Origin: Ignavibacteria bacterium RIFCSPLOWO2_12_FULL_56_21
Lineage (GTDB): Bacteria > Bacteroidota > Ignavibacteria > UBA10030
DNA: 64,000 bases
NCBI GenBank assembly: GCA_001802945.1
Contig: MHAK01000075.1
Location: 4,053-68,052 of the forward strand
Direction: 5' to 3'
Shown here piece after piece: positions 1-9,879 of this stretch. The notes under the pieces were generated by a model, which saw only the letters and a program-made list of their open reading frames with translations, was not told the DNA's origin and made no database searches. The translations under genes were made by a program, and so were the position numbers. Each line of letters begins with the position of its first letter. The stretch's first letter is position 1.

Positions 1-1647
1 GCTCAAAAGGACCATTTCGGGCTGAACTTCTGCCGTGTCTCCGGGTATGTTCCTTCGGAAAAGGAATCCGAATCGGTTTCCAAGACGTTGGAATACGCGT
101 ACGACGATTGGTGCATCAGCGAGTTCGCACGTCTGATGGGAAAGGAGGATGTGCGCCGCGAATACGCGCGTCGTGCGCAGAATTACCGGAATCTCTTCGA
201 CCCGTCGACGGGATTCATGCGGCCGAAGCGGAACGGCGGATGGGCTGAGCCGTTTCGTCCGCTTGCAGTGACGGTCGATTATACCGAGGCGAACGCATGG
301 CAATATCTCTTCTTCGCGCCGCACGACGTTCCCGGAATGATGGAATTGCACGGCGGTCGCGAAGGATTCGTGAAGAAGCTCGACGAAATGTTCACAACAT
401 CATCGACGCTGGAGGGAAGGCATCAACTCGACATCACGGGCCTCATCGGACAATACGCCCACGGCAACGAGCCGAGTCATCACATTGCGTATCTGTATGC
501 GTATGCAGGGGAACCGTGGAAGACCCAAAAGATGGTCCGACGCATCATGAACGAGTTCTACTCGGAGTGGCCCGACGGCCTGATCGGCAATGAGGACTGC
601 GGACAAATGTCCGCGTGGTACGTTCTCAGCGCGCTCGGGTTCTATCCGGTGAATCCCGGTCAACCCGTGTATGTCTTCGGTGCTCCTCTGTTTGAAGGAT
701 TCAGGGTCTGGAACACGAGACGGGGGAAGGATCTGGTGATGTCCGCTTCGGGAGGAGGGAAAGGACGTCCTTTCATCCAATCAGTACGGTGGAATGGAAA
801 ACCACTGAACCGTTCCTGGTTCACTCACGATGAACTGCTGGCGGGAGGGGAGATCCTTGTGACGATGGGGGAGCGGCAGAATGAGGTGTGGGCGTCGGCT
901 CCGGACGAGGTCCCGCCGAGTCCGGTGCGTGAAGCGATCGCGTTGACTCCGGTCGTGTCCCCCGCCCCGACATCTTTCGAAGATTCTCTCTTGGTCTCAG
1001 TGACGAGCAGAACTCCAGGTGCCGTCGTTCGGTACACGCTGGACGGAAGCGAACCTGATGAGCGATCAACTGCCGGTACTACAGTAGTTGTCCGCGCGAC
1101 CTCGACATTGAAAGCGCGTGCATTTGTATCCGGAGGGAAAGCGAGCGGGACAGTGGCGGCCGAGTTCCGAAAGCACGAAAGAGTGGGAACAGTCGTGTCT
1201 GTTTCTGGTTACAGCCCGCAGTATGCAGCGAGCGGCAAGCAGGCTTTGGTTGATGGCGTCCGCGGAGTGGTGGATTTTCGGGTCGGCGGCTGGCAGGGAT
1301 TCGAGGGGACCGACCTCGAGGCGGTGATCGACCTGGGTGTGATAAGGCCGGTCAATTCAATTGCGGCAAACTTTCTGCACGACAACAATGCCTGGATCTT
1401 CTATCCGATGCGGGTGAAATATGAAGTATCGGAAAACGGAGTGGATTATCGGACAGTGTACGATTCGCCGACTGATGTCTCACCGAAGACGGAGACTGCT
1501 TTCATTAAAGATGTGACCGCCGCCTTACAGAACGAAAAGGCCCGATTCGTCCGTGTATCCGTCCGGAATATTGGCACGTGTCCGCCTTGGCATAAAGGAA
1601 ACGGCGGTAAAGCCTGGCTTTTCGTAGATGAAGTAGTCGTGCGGTAG
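1..1647 (+). CDS. Glycoside hydrolase family 92 (alpha-mannosidase-like), C-terminal part. The 5' end lies outside the window. Carries a C-terminal carbohydrate-binding-like extension.
   Basis: Frame 1 is open from base 1 (AQKDHFGLNF...SVSKTLEYAYDDW); the ORF track starts it at 88. GH92-type motifs: EYAYDDWC, ANAWQY, GQYAHGNEPSHHIAYLY, GNEDCGQMSAWYV. The tail has a chitobiase-C/Fn3-like segment (VRYTLDGSEPD) and a discoidin-like segment (GKAWLFVDEVVV). Confidence 0.85.
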   Translation, partial: AQKDHFGLNFCRVSGYVPSEKESESVSKTLEYAYDDWCISEFARLMGKEDVRREYARRAQNYRNLFDPSTGFMRPKRNGGWAEPFRPLAVTVDYTEANAWQYLFFAPHDVPGMMELHGGREGFVKKLDEMFTTSSTLEGRHQLDITGLIGQYAHGNEPSHHIAYLYAYAGEPWKTQKMVRRIMNEFYSEWPDGLIGNEDCGQMSAWYVLSALGFYPVNPGQPVYVFGAPLFEGFRVWNTRRGKDLVMSASGGGKGRPFIQSVRWNGKPLNRSWFTHDELLAGGEILVTMGERQNEVWASAPDEVPPSPVREAIALTPVVSPAPTSFEDSLLVSVTSRTPGAVVRYTLDGSEPDERSTAGTTVVVRATSTLKARAFVSGGKASGTVAAEFRKHERVGTVVSVSGYSPQYAASGKQALVDGVRGVVDFRVGGWQGFEGTDLEAVIDLGVIRPVNSIAANFLHDNNAWIFYPMRVKYEVSENGVDYRTVYDSPTDVSPKTETAFIKDVTAALQNEKARFVRVSVRNIGTCPPWHKGNGGKAWLFVDEVVVR

Positions 1648-1694
1648 AACGCTGCGTGAACGGCTTAGTTCAAAGAACGGCTGCCAATGAGTAA

Positions 1695-3047
1695 TCAAGC
1701 GTTCATTGCCTCATCGATCTTTCTCCAAATCCTTTCTTCCCATGCAAGATGCTCCGGTTTCATCAGAACGGAGCGGAGTGATGTCACTGTCGCCCGGTCC
1801 TTTAGCATGCCGGCATGCTCGAACATTGCTGCAGGAAGCTCGGCAAGGGCAAGATGCAGTCCGGTACGAGCCGCAGCTTCGAAAACGCGGCGGGATTTTG
1901 TGGAAGCCTCAGAGCAGCTCTTTGCTCGCACTGTCCACGTGAGAATATCCAGCTCCGGCGCGAATGGCGTGACGAAGCGTTTGTCAGCCTCCATGCGCCG
2001 ATGCAGCGCAATGGCGGCCGATCGACCTGCAGTGAGTCCCGCGCCAAATGTCCCGCCTTTCTCAAGCGGAAGGAGGCGCTGCGTCGCCCACAGCGCGACC
2101 GCTGCGGCTCCCGGACGGGAACACTCAAGGCTGATTTCCCCCAGGTGCAATTCCCTCGATGTGAAGTAGGTGTACGGTGAATCGTGCTTGTACAACGTGC
2201 CGACTGCCGGATCTCGGAAAAGAACGCAACCGCAGCCGTACGGCTGAAGCCCGTGCTTGTGCGGGTCGATGACGATTGAATCCGCCGCGCCCATAAGGTC
2301 AAAAGCCGATCGTGCGGCGGATTCAAGATTGTCGGCCAACGTGAAATACCCGCCGTAGGCGGCATCGACGTGCAACCGGAAGCGATAATCGCTCCGGAGT
2401 TTGAGGATGTCGGGAAGCGGGTCGACCGATCCGGTCGCGGTGGTCCCGAGCGTTGCGACGACCGTTCCCACATCTCCTTTCGCAAGCCGTTTTTCCAATT
2501 CAACCATGTCCAACCGACCGTTCCTGTCCGAAGCGACGGGTTCGAACGGAAGCCCGAGAACGGCGCTGATCCTCCCTTGCGTGTAATGCGCCTGGTCGGA
2601 GGCGAGGATGACGGACTTGTTCGTAAGTTGTCCGGCAATCCACAGCGCTTCGAGGTTTGCCATTGTTCCGCCGGACGTCAAATGTCCAAGGTGCGACGAA
2701 TATCCCGCCAACCTGGCAAGCTGAGCGACTGCTTCAGCCTCCATCACTGAACTCGCACGTCCCCCGTCGAGCGCATGGTTGTTCGGATTGATCCACATGG
2801 AGAGTGCATATGCAAGACGGGCAACCGGATGCGGCGGCTTGAGCATCTGTCCCGCATACAGCGGATGAAAGTACGGAAACTCACGGCCCATTCTGGAGGC
2901 GACTTCAAGTAAGACCTCCGCGATAGCCTTTGTGTCGCGGGTCGGACGGTCGACGGAAGGAAGTCCGGCATATTCCGACTGCAGCCGTTCAAGCGCCTGT
3001 CGTAGAAGGTCCGTAGAGTCGATGTCAAAGTGCGAAGGAGGTTTCAT
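1695..3047 (-). CDS. PLP-dependent group II amino-acid decarboxylase (Glu/Tyr/DOPA-decarboxylase fold)
   Basis: Motifs LTSGGTMANLEALW, HVDAAYGGYF and DPHKHGLQPYGCGCVLFRD (PLP lysine in the D-P-H-K context). I chose the ATG at 3047 (MKPPSHFDID...). The track's TTG at 3188 would overlap the chrA stop at 3154. Confidence 0.8.
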   Translation of the reverse strand: MKPPSHFDIDSTDLLRQALERLQSEYAGLPSVDRPTRDTKAIAEVLLEVASRMGREFPYFHPLYAGQMLKPPHPVARLAYALSMWINPNNHALDGGRASSVMEAEAVAQLARLAGYSSHLGHLTSGGTMANLEALWIAGQLTNKSVILASDQAHYTQGRISAVLGLPFEPVASDRNGRLDMVELEKRLAKGDVGTVVATLGTTATGSVDPLPDILKLRSDYRFRLHVDAAYGGYFTLADNLESAARSAFDLMGAADSIVIDPHKHGLQPYGCGCVLFRDPAVGTLYKHDSPYTYFTSRELHLGEISLECSRPGAAAVALWATQRLLPLEKGGTFGAGLTAGRSAAIALHRRMEADKRFVTPFAPELDILTWTVRAKSCSEASTKSRRVFEAAARTGLHLALAELPAAMFEHAGMLKDRATVTSLRSVLMKPEHLAWEERIWRKIDEAMNA

Positions 3048-3153
3048 TTTGATCACGAAATTGTATACTTCTTGGCGATCTTGGCTTCCTTGGCAACTTG
3101 GCGTTACATGCTTTGACTCATCACTACTCTTGTCAGCATCATGCCGAAACTGA

Positions 3154-4377
3154 CTACAAGATTGCCCAGCCTGCGACGGCCCCTCCAAGGACGATCCAGA
3201 CAGAGTTCACATTGAAACGCACGATGCATGCCAAAGCAACGAGTGTAAGAAGTGCGGATGTCCAGGATGCGATCGCTGCAAGAGACAATCTGACCGTTAC
3301 GGCCATAATGAGCGCCACGGATGAGGCCGTCACCGCGTCGAGGAACGACGTAAAGTACGGATTCCGCTGAAGACGCGGCAATATTGGATTGAGCAGCGCG
3401 ACATACACAAATGAAGGGAGGAAGATGGCGGCGGTCGCGACGATTGCCCCCGGTATGCCGAGGATCTGGAAGCCGACGAATGTCGCCGTCGACAGCACGG
3501 GCCCGGGGGTGAATTGGCCCACCGCAATTGCATCGAGGAGTTGTTGTTGTGTCAACCATCCACGGTTGTCAACGAACTCCCCCTGCAGGAATGCCACGAG
3601 AACGTACCCGCTGCCATAGAGCACCGCGCCGATCTTCAGGAACGACAGCCCTAGACCGGCAAGCGTGATCCCGGACCCCGTTGCGGCGGCGAGTGTGGGT
3701 GCGGCCATCCAGAGCATTGCGCCCGATCCTTGAACGCCGGTCCGTCGTTTGTTCCACATCGTCCATGCCGTTCCAGCGAGACCGCCGGTTGCCAGACAGA
3801 CGATCTCTCCAACTCCTGCGAGTGATGCGCCGAGAACGCCTGCGCCGACTCCCCACAAGACCGGCGTCGTGAACGCGGTTTTTCCGAAACGATACGCCGC
3901 CGCGGCGATGATTGCAAGGACTGCCGGTTTTGTACCGCGCAGGAATGGTTCGACAGAAGGAAGCGCACCGTACTGGCCGTACGACCAGGCGATCACTCCG
4001 GTGACGAGGACCGCTGGCAGAATGAACGACGCCCCGGCGACGATCAGTCCAAGCCAGCCGGCGCGAAGAAAGCCGATGTGAATGGCCATCTCCGTGGAAT
4101 TCGGGCCGGGGATAATGTTTGTGGCACCGACCAGCTTCAGGAACGATTCCCGCGTGAGCCAGGAACGTTTTCCGATCACTTCATCTTCCATCATCGCGAT
4201 GTGAGCGGCCGGACCGCCGAAACCGATCGCTCCGAGTCGGAGGAATACGCCTGCAACCTCAAGCAGAGGGGCCTTCATGGGTGCGGTGCCGGAGACCACT
4301 GCTGGTTCATTACGGGAGGTGTTGTTAGATGAACGACGACCAAAAGGAATGTCGTCAACCCTTTTTCGAAATGCCAC
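3154..4377 (-). CDS. chrA: Chromate ion transporter (CHR family), two-repeat long form
   Basis: Two CHR repeats: LRLGAIGFGGPAAHIAMMEDEVIGKRSWLTRESFLKLVGATNIIPGPNSTEMA and FLKIGAVLYGSGYVLVAFLQGEFVDNRGWLTQQQLLDAIAVGQFTPGPVLSTATFVG. Polytopic hydrophobic profile. GTG start at 4377 is preceded by a purine-rich GAGGAAGAGGAAG; an alternative ATG lies at 4278. Confidence 0.85.
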   Translation of the reverse strand: MAFRKRVDDIPFGRRSSNNTSRNEPAVVSGTAPMKAPLLEVAGVFLRLGAIGFGGPAAHIAMMEDEVIGKRSWLTRESFLKLVGATNIIPGPNSTEMAIHIGFLRAGWLGLIVAGASFILPAVLVTGVIAWSYGQYGALPSVEPFLRGTKPAVLAIIAAAAYRFGKTAFTTPVLWGVGAGVLGASLAGVGEIVCLATGGLAGTAWTMWNKRRTGVQGSGAMLWMAAPTLAAATGSGITLAGLGLSFLKIGAVLYGSGYVLVAFLQGEFVDNRGWLTQQQLLDAIAVGQFTPGPVLSTATFVGFQILGIPGAIVATAAIFLPSFVYVALLNPILPRLQRNPYFTSFLDAVTASSVALIMAVTVRLSLAAIASWTSALLTLVALACIVRFNVNSVWIVLGGAVAGWAIL

Positions 4378-4426
4378 CGATTGTCATCTTCCTCTTCCTC
4401 TCCTTATCTTGCTCCGTTCATTCACC

Positions 4427-4466
4427 ATTCGTGTCAATTCGTAAAGATTCGTGTAGATTCGTGGAA
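4427..4466 (+). repeat. Four tandem 10-bp direct repeats (ATTCGTGTCA ATTCGTAAAG ATTCGTGTAG ATTCGTGGAA) in the divergent chrA/glycosidase intergenic region
   Basis: Read directly from the sequence. Exact 10-bp phasing. Same TTCGTG core as the decamer arrays flanking the GxxExxY cassette at 42164-42203 and 42663-42702. Confidence 0.8.
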
Positions 4467-4534
4467 CAATCTTTTCATAAGATCCGACCTTGCTCCACAG
4501 GGACGAACCAAAAAACACATCCCCTCCCATCACC

Positions 4535-7500
4535 ATGACCACTCTGACCCGCCGTTCATTTCTTACCTCCGCAGGACTTGCCGCAGCCGCAACGACGGTG
4601 GCCGGCTCCGATCTTTTTGCATTCCTCCCACCCTCGTCCAGAAAAGTGGCGGTGTTCTGGGACAACGGTTTTCCCGCCGCAGATGGTCTTGACGTGTCGC
4701 GCGACGATCTTTCCGCAGCACTTCAGGGACTCGACGTCACGTTCCTGCCGGCAGAAAAGCTCGGTTCCGACTTGCCGACTTCTTCTTTCCATCTGCTCGT
4801 GCTTCCGTATGGCTCTGCCTTTCCGCGGGACGCATGGAAGGAAATCCTGGGATTTCTGGAGCGGGGAGGAAATCTCTTGTCGCTCGGCGGGGTTCCATTC
4901 CGTATACCGTGTGCGAAGGCGAATGGAAAATGGAAGAAGGAAGTGGAATCGACGGCATACCACAAGATCCTGGGGATCACCCAGGCACAAGCCGCGGTAT
5001 CCGGACGTTCATTGAAGTCCGCTCTTCCCGACGGATCGCTCAAAGTGCTGGAGCAAGGCTGCAAGGTGCAAAATGTTGCAGCGCTCACATATCGGCTGTC
5101 GTCGACGCGCGACTATGCGGACGAGGACGGATCCGCCGGACAGCGCGACGCGCGTGTTATTCCGCTTGTCCATGCCGTCGATGATGACGGACACGAAGTC
5201 GCTGCGGCGGCAGTTGCAGTCGACAGACTGCTCGGACGTTTCTTCGGTGGTCGCTGGGTCTTCGCACCGTACGAAGGGACGATGACTTCCGATGCAATCC
5301 GCACACTCGCCCACATTGCGCTGCAAGGTTCCCTCGAGGCTTCTGTGGCGCCGTTGTTCGCATGTTACCGTCGTGGCGAGGTTGCGTCCGTCAAGGTGCA
5401 CATCCGAAGGCCGGGTGGATCGCTGGAAGAGATCTTGCCCGATCGCGTCGCAGTCGGCGTGTTCGGCGCGGACGGCAAAAAGGTTGGAGATGTCGACGTT
5501 CGACTGCAGGGATCTGGCACCACAATGTCCGGTGAGGCGGCGCTGTCGGGCGCGAAGTTCGCCCGCTTGAGCAGCGGATTCCACCGGCTCGAGCTTCGAT
5601 GCGAACTGTCGTCGCTCTCGGAAGGAGGGAAGAGATCGGTCGTCGCCCGCTCCGGGTTCTGGAGAGAAGACCGGGCTCTTCTCGCCGCCGGGTCCGCGTT
5701 GACCGCCAATGAGGACTTTCTGTTGCGCGACGGAATGCCGTTCGTCGTCACGGGGACGACCTACATGTCGTCGGACGTCCACAGGAAATTTCTGCTGGAA
5801 CCGAATCCGGGGGCGTGGTACGACGACTTTTCCGCCATGAAAAAGGCGGGCGTCAACGTCGTGCGTACGGGCGTCTGGACCGGATGGAAAAATTTTATGC
5901 TTGATGTCGGCCGGATGAACGAGGCGTCGCTCCGGGGTCTCGATGCCTTCATCCATACGGCACGTGCATTCGACATTCCCGTCATCTTCACGTTCTTTGC
6001 ATTCCTGCCGGAGCGCTGGGGAGGCGTGAACCCGTACTTCGACCCGCGGGCCCTCGAGGCACAAAAGGAATTCATCGGTGCGATCGTCCGACGATACAAC
6101 GACGTCAAGGACATCGTGTGGGATTTCATCAACGAGCCTTCGTTCTCGTCCCCCGGAAGGCTCTGGAGCACGCGTCCCAATTACGACCAGCATGAACGGG
6201 CCGCATGGGCGGAATGGCTGAAGAAGACGTATCCGGCCCCGTCCGATGACGCCCGTGCGGCCATGCTCCAGGAGTTGTGGCGTTCCACGTCCACGGAACC
6301 TCTCTCCCTGCCTTTACCCGAAGAATTCAACGATGCGAATATTTTCGGCGATCGGCGGCCGTTGAAGGCAGTGGATTATCGCATCTTTGCGCAGGAAGCA
6401 TTTGCCGACTGGGTACAGGCCATGACCGCCTGCGTGAAAGCGAACGGCGGAACGCATCAACTCGTTACCGTCGGACAGGATGAAGGCGGAACGTATGAGC
6501 GGCCCGGCCCGCAATTCTACGCAGATGCCGTTGACTTTACCTGTCTCCACAATTGGTGGTACAACGACAATCTTCTTTGGGACGGCATCGTTACGAAAGC
6601 GCCTGGAAAAGCGAACCTGGTGGAAGAGACGGGGATCATGTTCTATGAACGTCCGGACGGAACGGCGTGGAGGTCGGACCAGGATACTGCAGAGCTTCTT
6701 GAACGCAAACTTGTGATTGCTGTCGGAGGGGGTGGGGCAGGATTTATACAGTGGATTTGGAACACAAATCCCTACATGGATTCGGAAAACGAGGCTGCAA
6801 TCGGATTTTTGCGCGTGGACGGAAGCGAGAAGCCGGAGCTGGGCGTGTTCCGGCGCACTGCATCTTTTCTGCGGAAACACCAACATGTCTTTGTCGGCCG
6901 GCAGCGCGAGCAAGTACTTCTCGTTCTGCCCCATTCACATATGTTCTCCGTCCGCAATTATGCGACGGAAGCGACACAACGCGCAGTACGAGTGTTGCAC
7001 GAATCATGCGGCACAGCGGTACGGTCGGTGTCCGAATACCGGCTCGACCGGATCACGGAAGCACCCCCGATCATCGTTGTGCCGTCGGTGCAATACTTCG
7101 ACACCGCCGCGTGGGACCGGCTGATTGCGCTCGTCCGCAGCGGTTCGACCCTCATCGTCACTGGCGTCATCGACAGGGACGCCCATTGGATGCCGGCGGA
7201 AAGGTCGTCGATGTTCGGAAAGCGTACCGGCCTGCGACCCGTGGCGTCCGATGAATATGTAGTGATCGATGCAAGAAGGCACGAGTTAACGTTTCGCAAT
7301 GAAAAGATCGAACGGCTCCACATGTCGACGGTGGAAGGAGAAAAAGAGGCGCGGGTGATGGTGTATGAGCCGACGGACATTCTGCCCGGGGAAAGAAAGG
7401 CGGGGAGCGGGAAGGTCGTATGGTGCCCTCTGCCGCTGGAACTTGCGGTGGAAGAGGAACCGACAACCGCACTCTACCGGTATTCCATGAACCTGGCGGG

Positions 7501-7732
7501 AGTACGTCCGGACCATACCGTTCGTGCCAATCCGTTGCGGGCGCTTATCCGGACGACGAAGTTCGCGTCATGCACGCTGTACATGGTCGTGAACGAAAGT
7601 GAACAGGAAGGAACGGTCAGCGTGAAGGACGAACGATCGGGCGCGATCCTGGAAGTGTTCATGCAACCTCAGCGGTCCACTTTTGTGCTTCAGGATGCGA
7701 ACAGCGGCAACATGATCGACAAAATGGAGTGA
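4535..7732 (+). CDS. Secreted (Tat-signal) clan GH-A glycoside hydrolase, GH5-like catalytic core with large flanking domains
   Basis: Twin-arginine leader MTTLTRRSFLTSAGLAAAATTVAG from the ATG at 4535 (track start is 4490). TIM-barrel GH-A signatures: GVNVVRTGVW, DIVWDFINEPSF (acid/base NEP) and KANLVEETGI (nucleophile Glu). Family assignment below clan level is uncertain. Confidence 0.7.
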   Translation: MTTLTRRSFLTSAGLAAAATTVAGSDLFAFLPPSSRKVAVFWDNGFPAADGLDVSRDDLSAALQGLDVTFLPAEKLGSDLPTSSFHLLVLPYGSAFPRDAWKEILGFLERGGNLLSLGGVPFRIPCAKANGKWKKEVESTAYHKILGITQAQAAVSGRSLKSALPDGSLKVLEQGCKVQNVAALTYRLSSTRDYADEDGSAGQRDARVIPLVHAVDDDGHEVAAAAVAVDRLLGRFFGGRWVFAPYEGTMTSDAIRTLAHIALQGSLEASVAPLFACYRRGEVASVKVHIRRPGGSLEEILPDRVAVGVFGADGKKVGDVDVRLQGSGTTMSGEAALSGAKFARLSSGFHRLELRCELSSLSEGGKRSVVARSGFWREDRALLAAGSALTANEDFLLRDGMPFVVTGTTYMSSDVHRKFLLEPNPGAWYDDFSAMKKAGVNVVRTGVWTGWKNFMLDVGRMNEASLRGLDAFIHTARAFDIPVIFTFFAFLPERWGGVNPYFDPRALEAQKEFIGAIVRRYNDVKDIVWDFINEPSFSSPGRLWSTRPNYDQHERAAWAEWLKKTYPAPSDDARAAMLQELWRSTSTEPLSLPLPEEFNDANIFGDRRPLKAVDYRIFAQEAFADWVQAMTACVKANGGTHQLVTVGQDEGGTYERPGPQFYADAVDFTCLHNWWYNDNLLWDGIVTKAPGKANLVEETGIMFYERPDGTAWRSDQDTAELLERKLVIAVGGGGAGFIQWIWNTNPYMDSENEAAIGFLRVDGSEKPELGVFRRTASFLRKHQHVFVGRQREQVLLVLPHSHMFSVRNYATEATQRAVRVLHESCGTAVRSVSEYRLDRITEAPPIIVVPSVQYFDTAAWDRLIALVRSGSTLIVTGVIDRDAHWMPAERSSMFGKRTGLRPVASDEYVVIDARRHELTFRNEKIERLHMSTVEGEKEARVMVYEPTDILPGERKAGSGKVVWCPLPLELAVEEEPTTALYRYSMNLAGVRPDHTVRANPLRALIRTTKFASCTLYMVVNESEQEGTVSVKDERSGAILEVFMQPQRSTFVLQDANSGNMIDKME

Positions 7733-8421
7733 TGAACATACTTCTGGAAATAGCGATTGACGGCATCTCCGAAGGGCTTGCAGCCGTGCGTGCAGGTGCG
7801 GATCGGCTGGAGGTCTGTTCGCGGTTGGATGTCGGAGGATTGACGCCTGAGGAGAAGCTCGTGCAGTCGCTCCGGAAGGCGATGCGTATCCCGATCTATT
7901 GCATGGTTCGGCCGCGGGAGGGAGGTTTTGTGTATTCGCCCGCCGAGTTTCAGCTTATGCTGGCCGACGTCGAAAAATTCAAATCGTGGAAATCTGACGG
8001 CATTGTGGCGGGTTTCCTCAAGGCCGACGGGGCCATCGATACTGCACAGACAATAGAGTTCGTCCGCGCTGCGGCTCCACTGCCGGTGACGTTTCACCGG
8101 GCGTTCGACGAGACACCCGACCTCTTGCATGCGCTGGAGAACGTGATAGAGTGCGGCGTTGCAAGGATCCTGACGTCGGGGGGAAAAGCGAACGCGTTTG
8201 CGGGCAAGTATATGCTCCGCGAGCTGGTCCTGCGGGCCCGTGAGAGAGTCGAGATCCTCGCCGGAGGCGGCGTGCGTCCGTGGAATGTGCGTCGCATCAT
8301 CGACTCGACAGGAGTCGCGGAAGTGCATTCCGCGGCCCGGGATGAAAAAGGATTGTTCCAGGAATCCGTGGTTGCCGAACTGCGAAAAGAGATCCCCGCC
8401 GACAAGCGGCGCTCGGGGTAG
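7729..8421 (+). CDS. cutC: Copper homeostasis protein CutC family
   Basis: N-terminus LLEIAIDGISEGLAAVRAGADRLEVCSRLDVGGLTP, then VTFHRAFDE and ILTSGG, all typical of CutC TIM-barrel proteins. ATGA start/stop overlap with the upstream glycosidase. Confidence 0.85.
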   Translation: MMNILLEIAIDGISEGLAAVRAGADRLEVCSRLDVGGLTPEEKLVQSLRKAMRIPIYCMVRPREGGFVYSPAEFQLMLADVEKFKSWKSDGIVAGFLKADGAIDTAQTIEFVRAAAPLPVTFHRAFDETPDLLHALENVIECGVARILTSGGKANAFAGKYMLRELVLRARERVEILAGGGVRPWNVRRIIDSTGVAEVHSAARDEKGLFQESVVAELRKEIPADKRRSG

Positions 8422-8457
8422 GAGTGGAGAGGGCAGACTCCCCGATCACCCCCCCAG

Positions 8458-9717
8458 TTACTGCTTCGTTTCCCACGTCCTTATAAACGCGATAACATCC
8501 TTCAACTGATCTTCCGAGAATGTCTTCTCAAACGGAGGCATCCGCAGTCCCAGGTTTCCCCCCCGAATGAACGTCAGAAGTTCTTGTTCATTTAGGCTGC
8601 CGGCAACCTCGGCAAGCTTCACGTTCGTGAATCCCGTCCCTTTTCCTTCCGCACCATGACACCGAAGGCAGGCGCTGCCATAGATATCCTTTCCCCGCGC
8701 CGCTCCTGAACCCGTTGTGATCGCCTGGCTGTATGTGTGCGCCGCTTCCGGCCTCGGAATGGCCGGCAATGTCTTCAGATATGCGTAGACGGCCTTGACG
8801 TCCATGCTGTCCCAGAATGCGAAGAGCGGATACGGCATATGGGGCACGAGCGTCCTTCCATCGGGCCTGACACCGTATTGTACCGCTTGGAGAAAATCGT
8901 TCTCTGTCCATGCCCCGATGCCCGTTTCTTTGTCCGGCGTAAGGTTCGACGCATAGGTCCAGATACCGTCTCCTTCGGCTTCGCCAAAATTGATCGAACT
9001 GCCGGCGAAACCGCTGTCTGGATAGAATGACCCATCCATCAGGTTGCGCACCGAGTGGCAGTCAGAGCACAATCCGGCGTTCGAAGAGACATATTTTCCC
9101 CATTCGGGAGTGACGCCTCTCGGCGGCGTAATGATTGGAGTAGCGATCTCGGGTGCCGGTTTCAGAATACCGACCGTGAAGAACGCCTTCGTCACAAATG
9201 TAAGATCATGCTCGGGTATCGCGTTCGATACGGGAGGGATCGACCGAAGATACGCCACGATGGCCAGCGCATCGTCGTCGCTCATACCATGGAAATTGGC
9301 GACAGGCATGAGTGGAAAAAGTTTGCGGCCATTCTTCGAAACGCCTTCGCGCACCGCGCGTACGATCTCGCCGTCCGTCCATCCGCCGATACCGGTCGCA
9401 CTGTCGGGCGTGATATTCGGAGTATAGAACATTCCGAATCCTGGTCCGATCTTGCGCAGGTCGAACGGCTTTCCACCCGAGGGGGGGCTGTTGGGGTCGG
9501 CGACAGAGCTGTGACATTCCCAGCATCCGAGTCCGTACTTGAAGAGGAATTCGCCGCGTGCGACGGCCGACGGTTCATGGGAAACGGCCATGACCGGCAA
9601 TCGCCGGTCGGAGGGGCTGTCCCACGCGAGGACCACATACATCATGAATCCGAGCACGAGAGCCACGATGACGGCCAGGATTCCGAGGAAAATGCGAACA
9701 GCGCGGCGGAGGGTCAT
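8458..9717 (-). CDS. Membrane-anchored tri-haem c-type cytochrome
   Basis: Three CxxCH motifs (CWECH, CSDCH, CLRCH). N-terminal TM helix IFLGILAVIVALVLGFMMYVVLA. Layout resembles the cytochrome c subunits of membrane dehydrogenases. Confidence 0.8.
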   Translation of the reverse strand: MTLRRAVRIFLGILAVIVALVLGFMMYVVLAWDSPSDRRLPVMAVSHEPSAVARGEFLFKYGLGCWECHSSVADPNSPPSGGKPFDLRKIGPGFGMFYTPNITPDSATGIGGWTDGEIVRAVREGVSKNGRKLFPLMPVANFHGMSDDDALAIVAYLRSIPPVSNAIPEHDLTFVTKAFFTVGILKPAPEIATPIITPPRGVTPEWGKYVSSNAGLCSDCHSVRNLMDGSFYPDSGFAGSSINFGEAEGDGIWTYASNLTPDKETGIGAWTENDFLQAVQYGVRPDGRTLVPHMPYPLFAFWDSMDVKAVYAYLKTLPAIPRPEAAHTYSQAITTGSGAARGKDIYGSACLRCHGAEGKGTGFTNVKLAEVAGSLNEQELLTFIRGGNLGLRMPPFEKTFSEDQLKDVIAFIRTWETKQ

Positions 9718-9879
9718 GCCTTCAACTCCAGTAGGTTGTGTGGGGCGTGAATTGAGCGACGCAAAAATAGGAAAAGGAGGTCGTTTGATGCAAGGGAAAT
9801 CAGGAGGAGAATGAAGCAGTCGGAAGGGCCTTCAGGCATTGCCAAAAAAAGGTCTCTTTCGCAGTTCCGGCGCAGGTTT

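Noticed and set aside
3048-3188. TTG start at 3188 for the group II decarboxylase
   Set aside because: It would overlap the chrA 3' end by 35 nt and add a non-conserved Ser/Gln-rich leader. The ATG at 3047 yields a typical ~450-aa enzyme. The start remains unverified.
5009-6193. 394-aa minus-strand ORF inside the Tat-signal glycosidase gene
   Set aside because: Shadow ORF. The sense frame carries the GH-A catalytic motifs continuously across this region.
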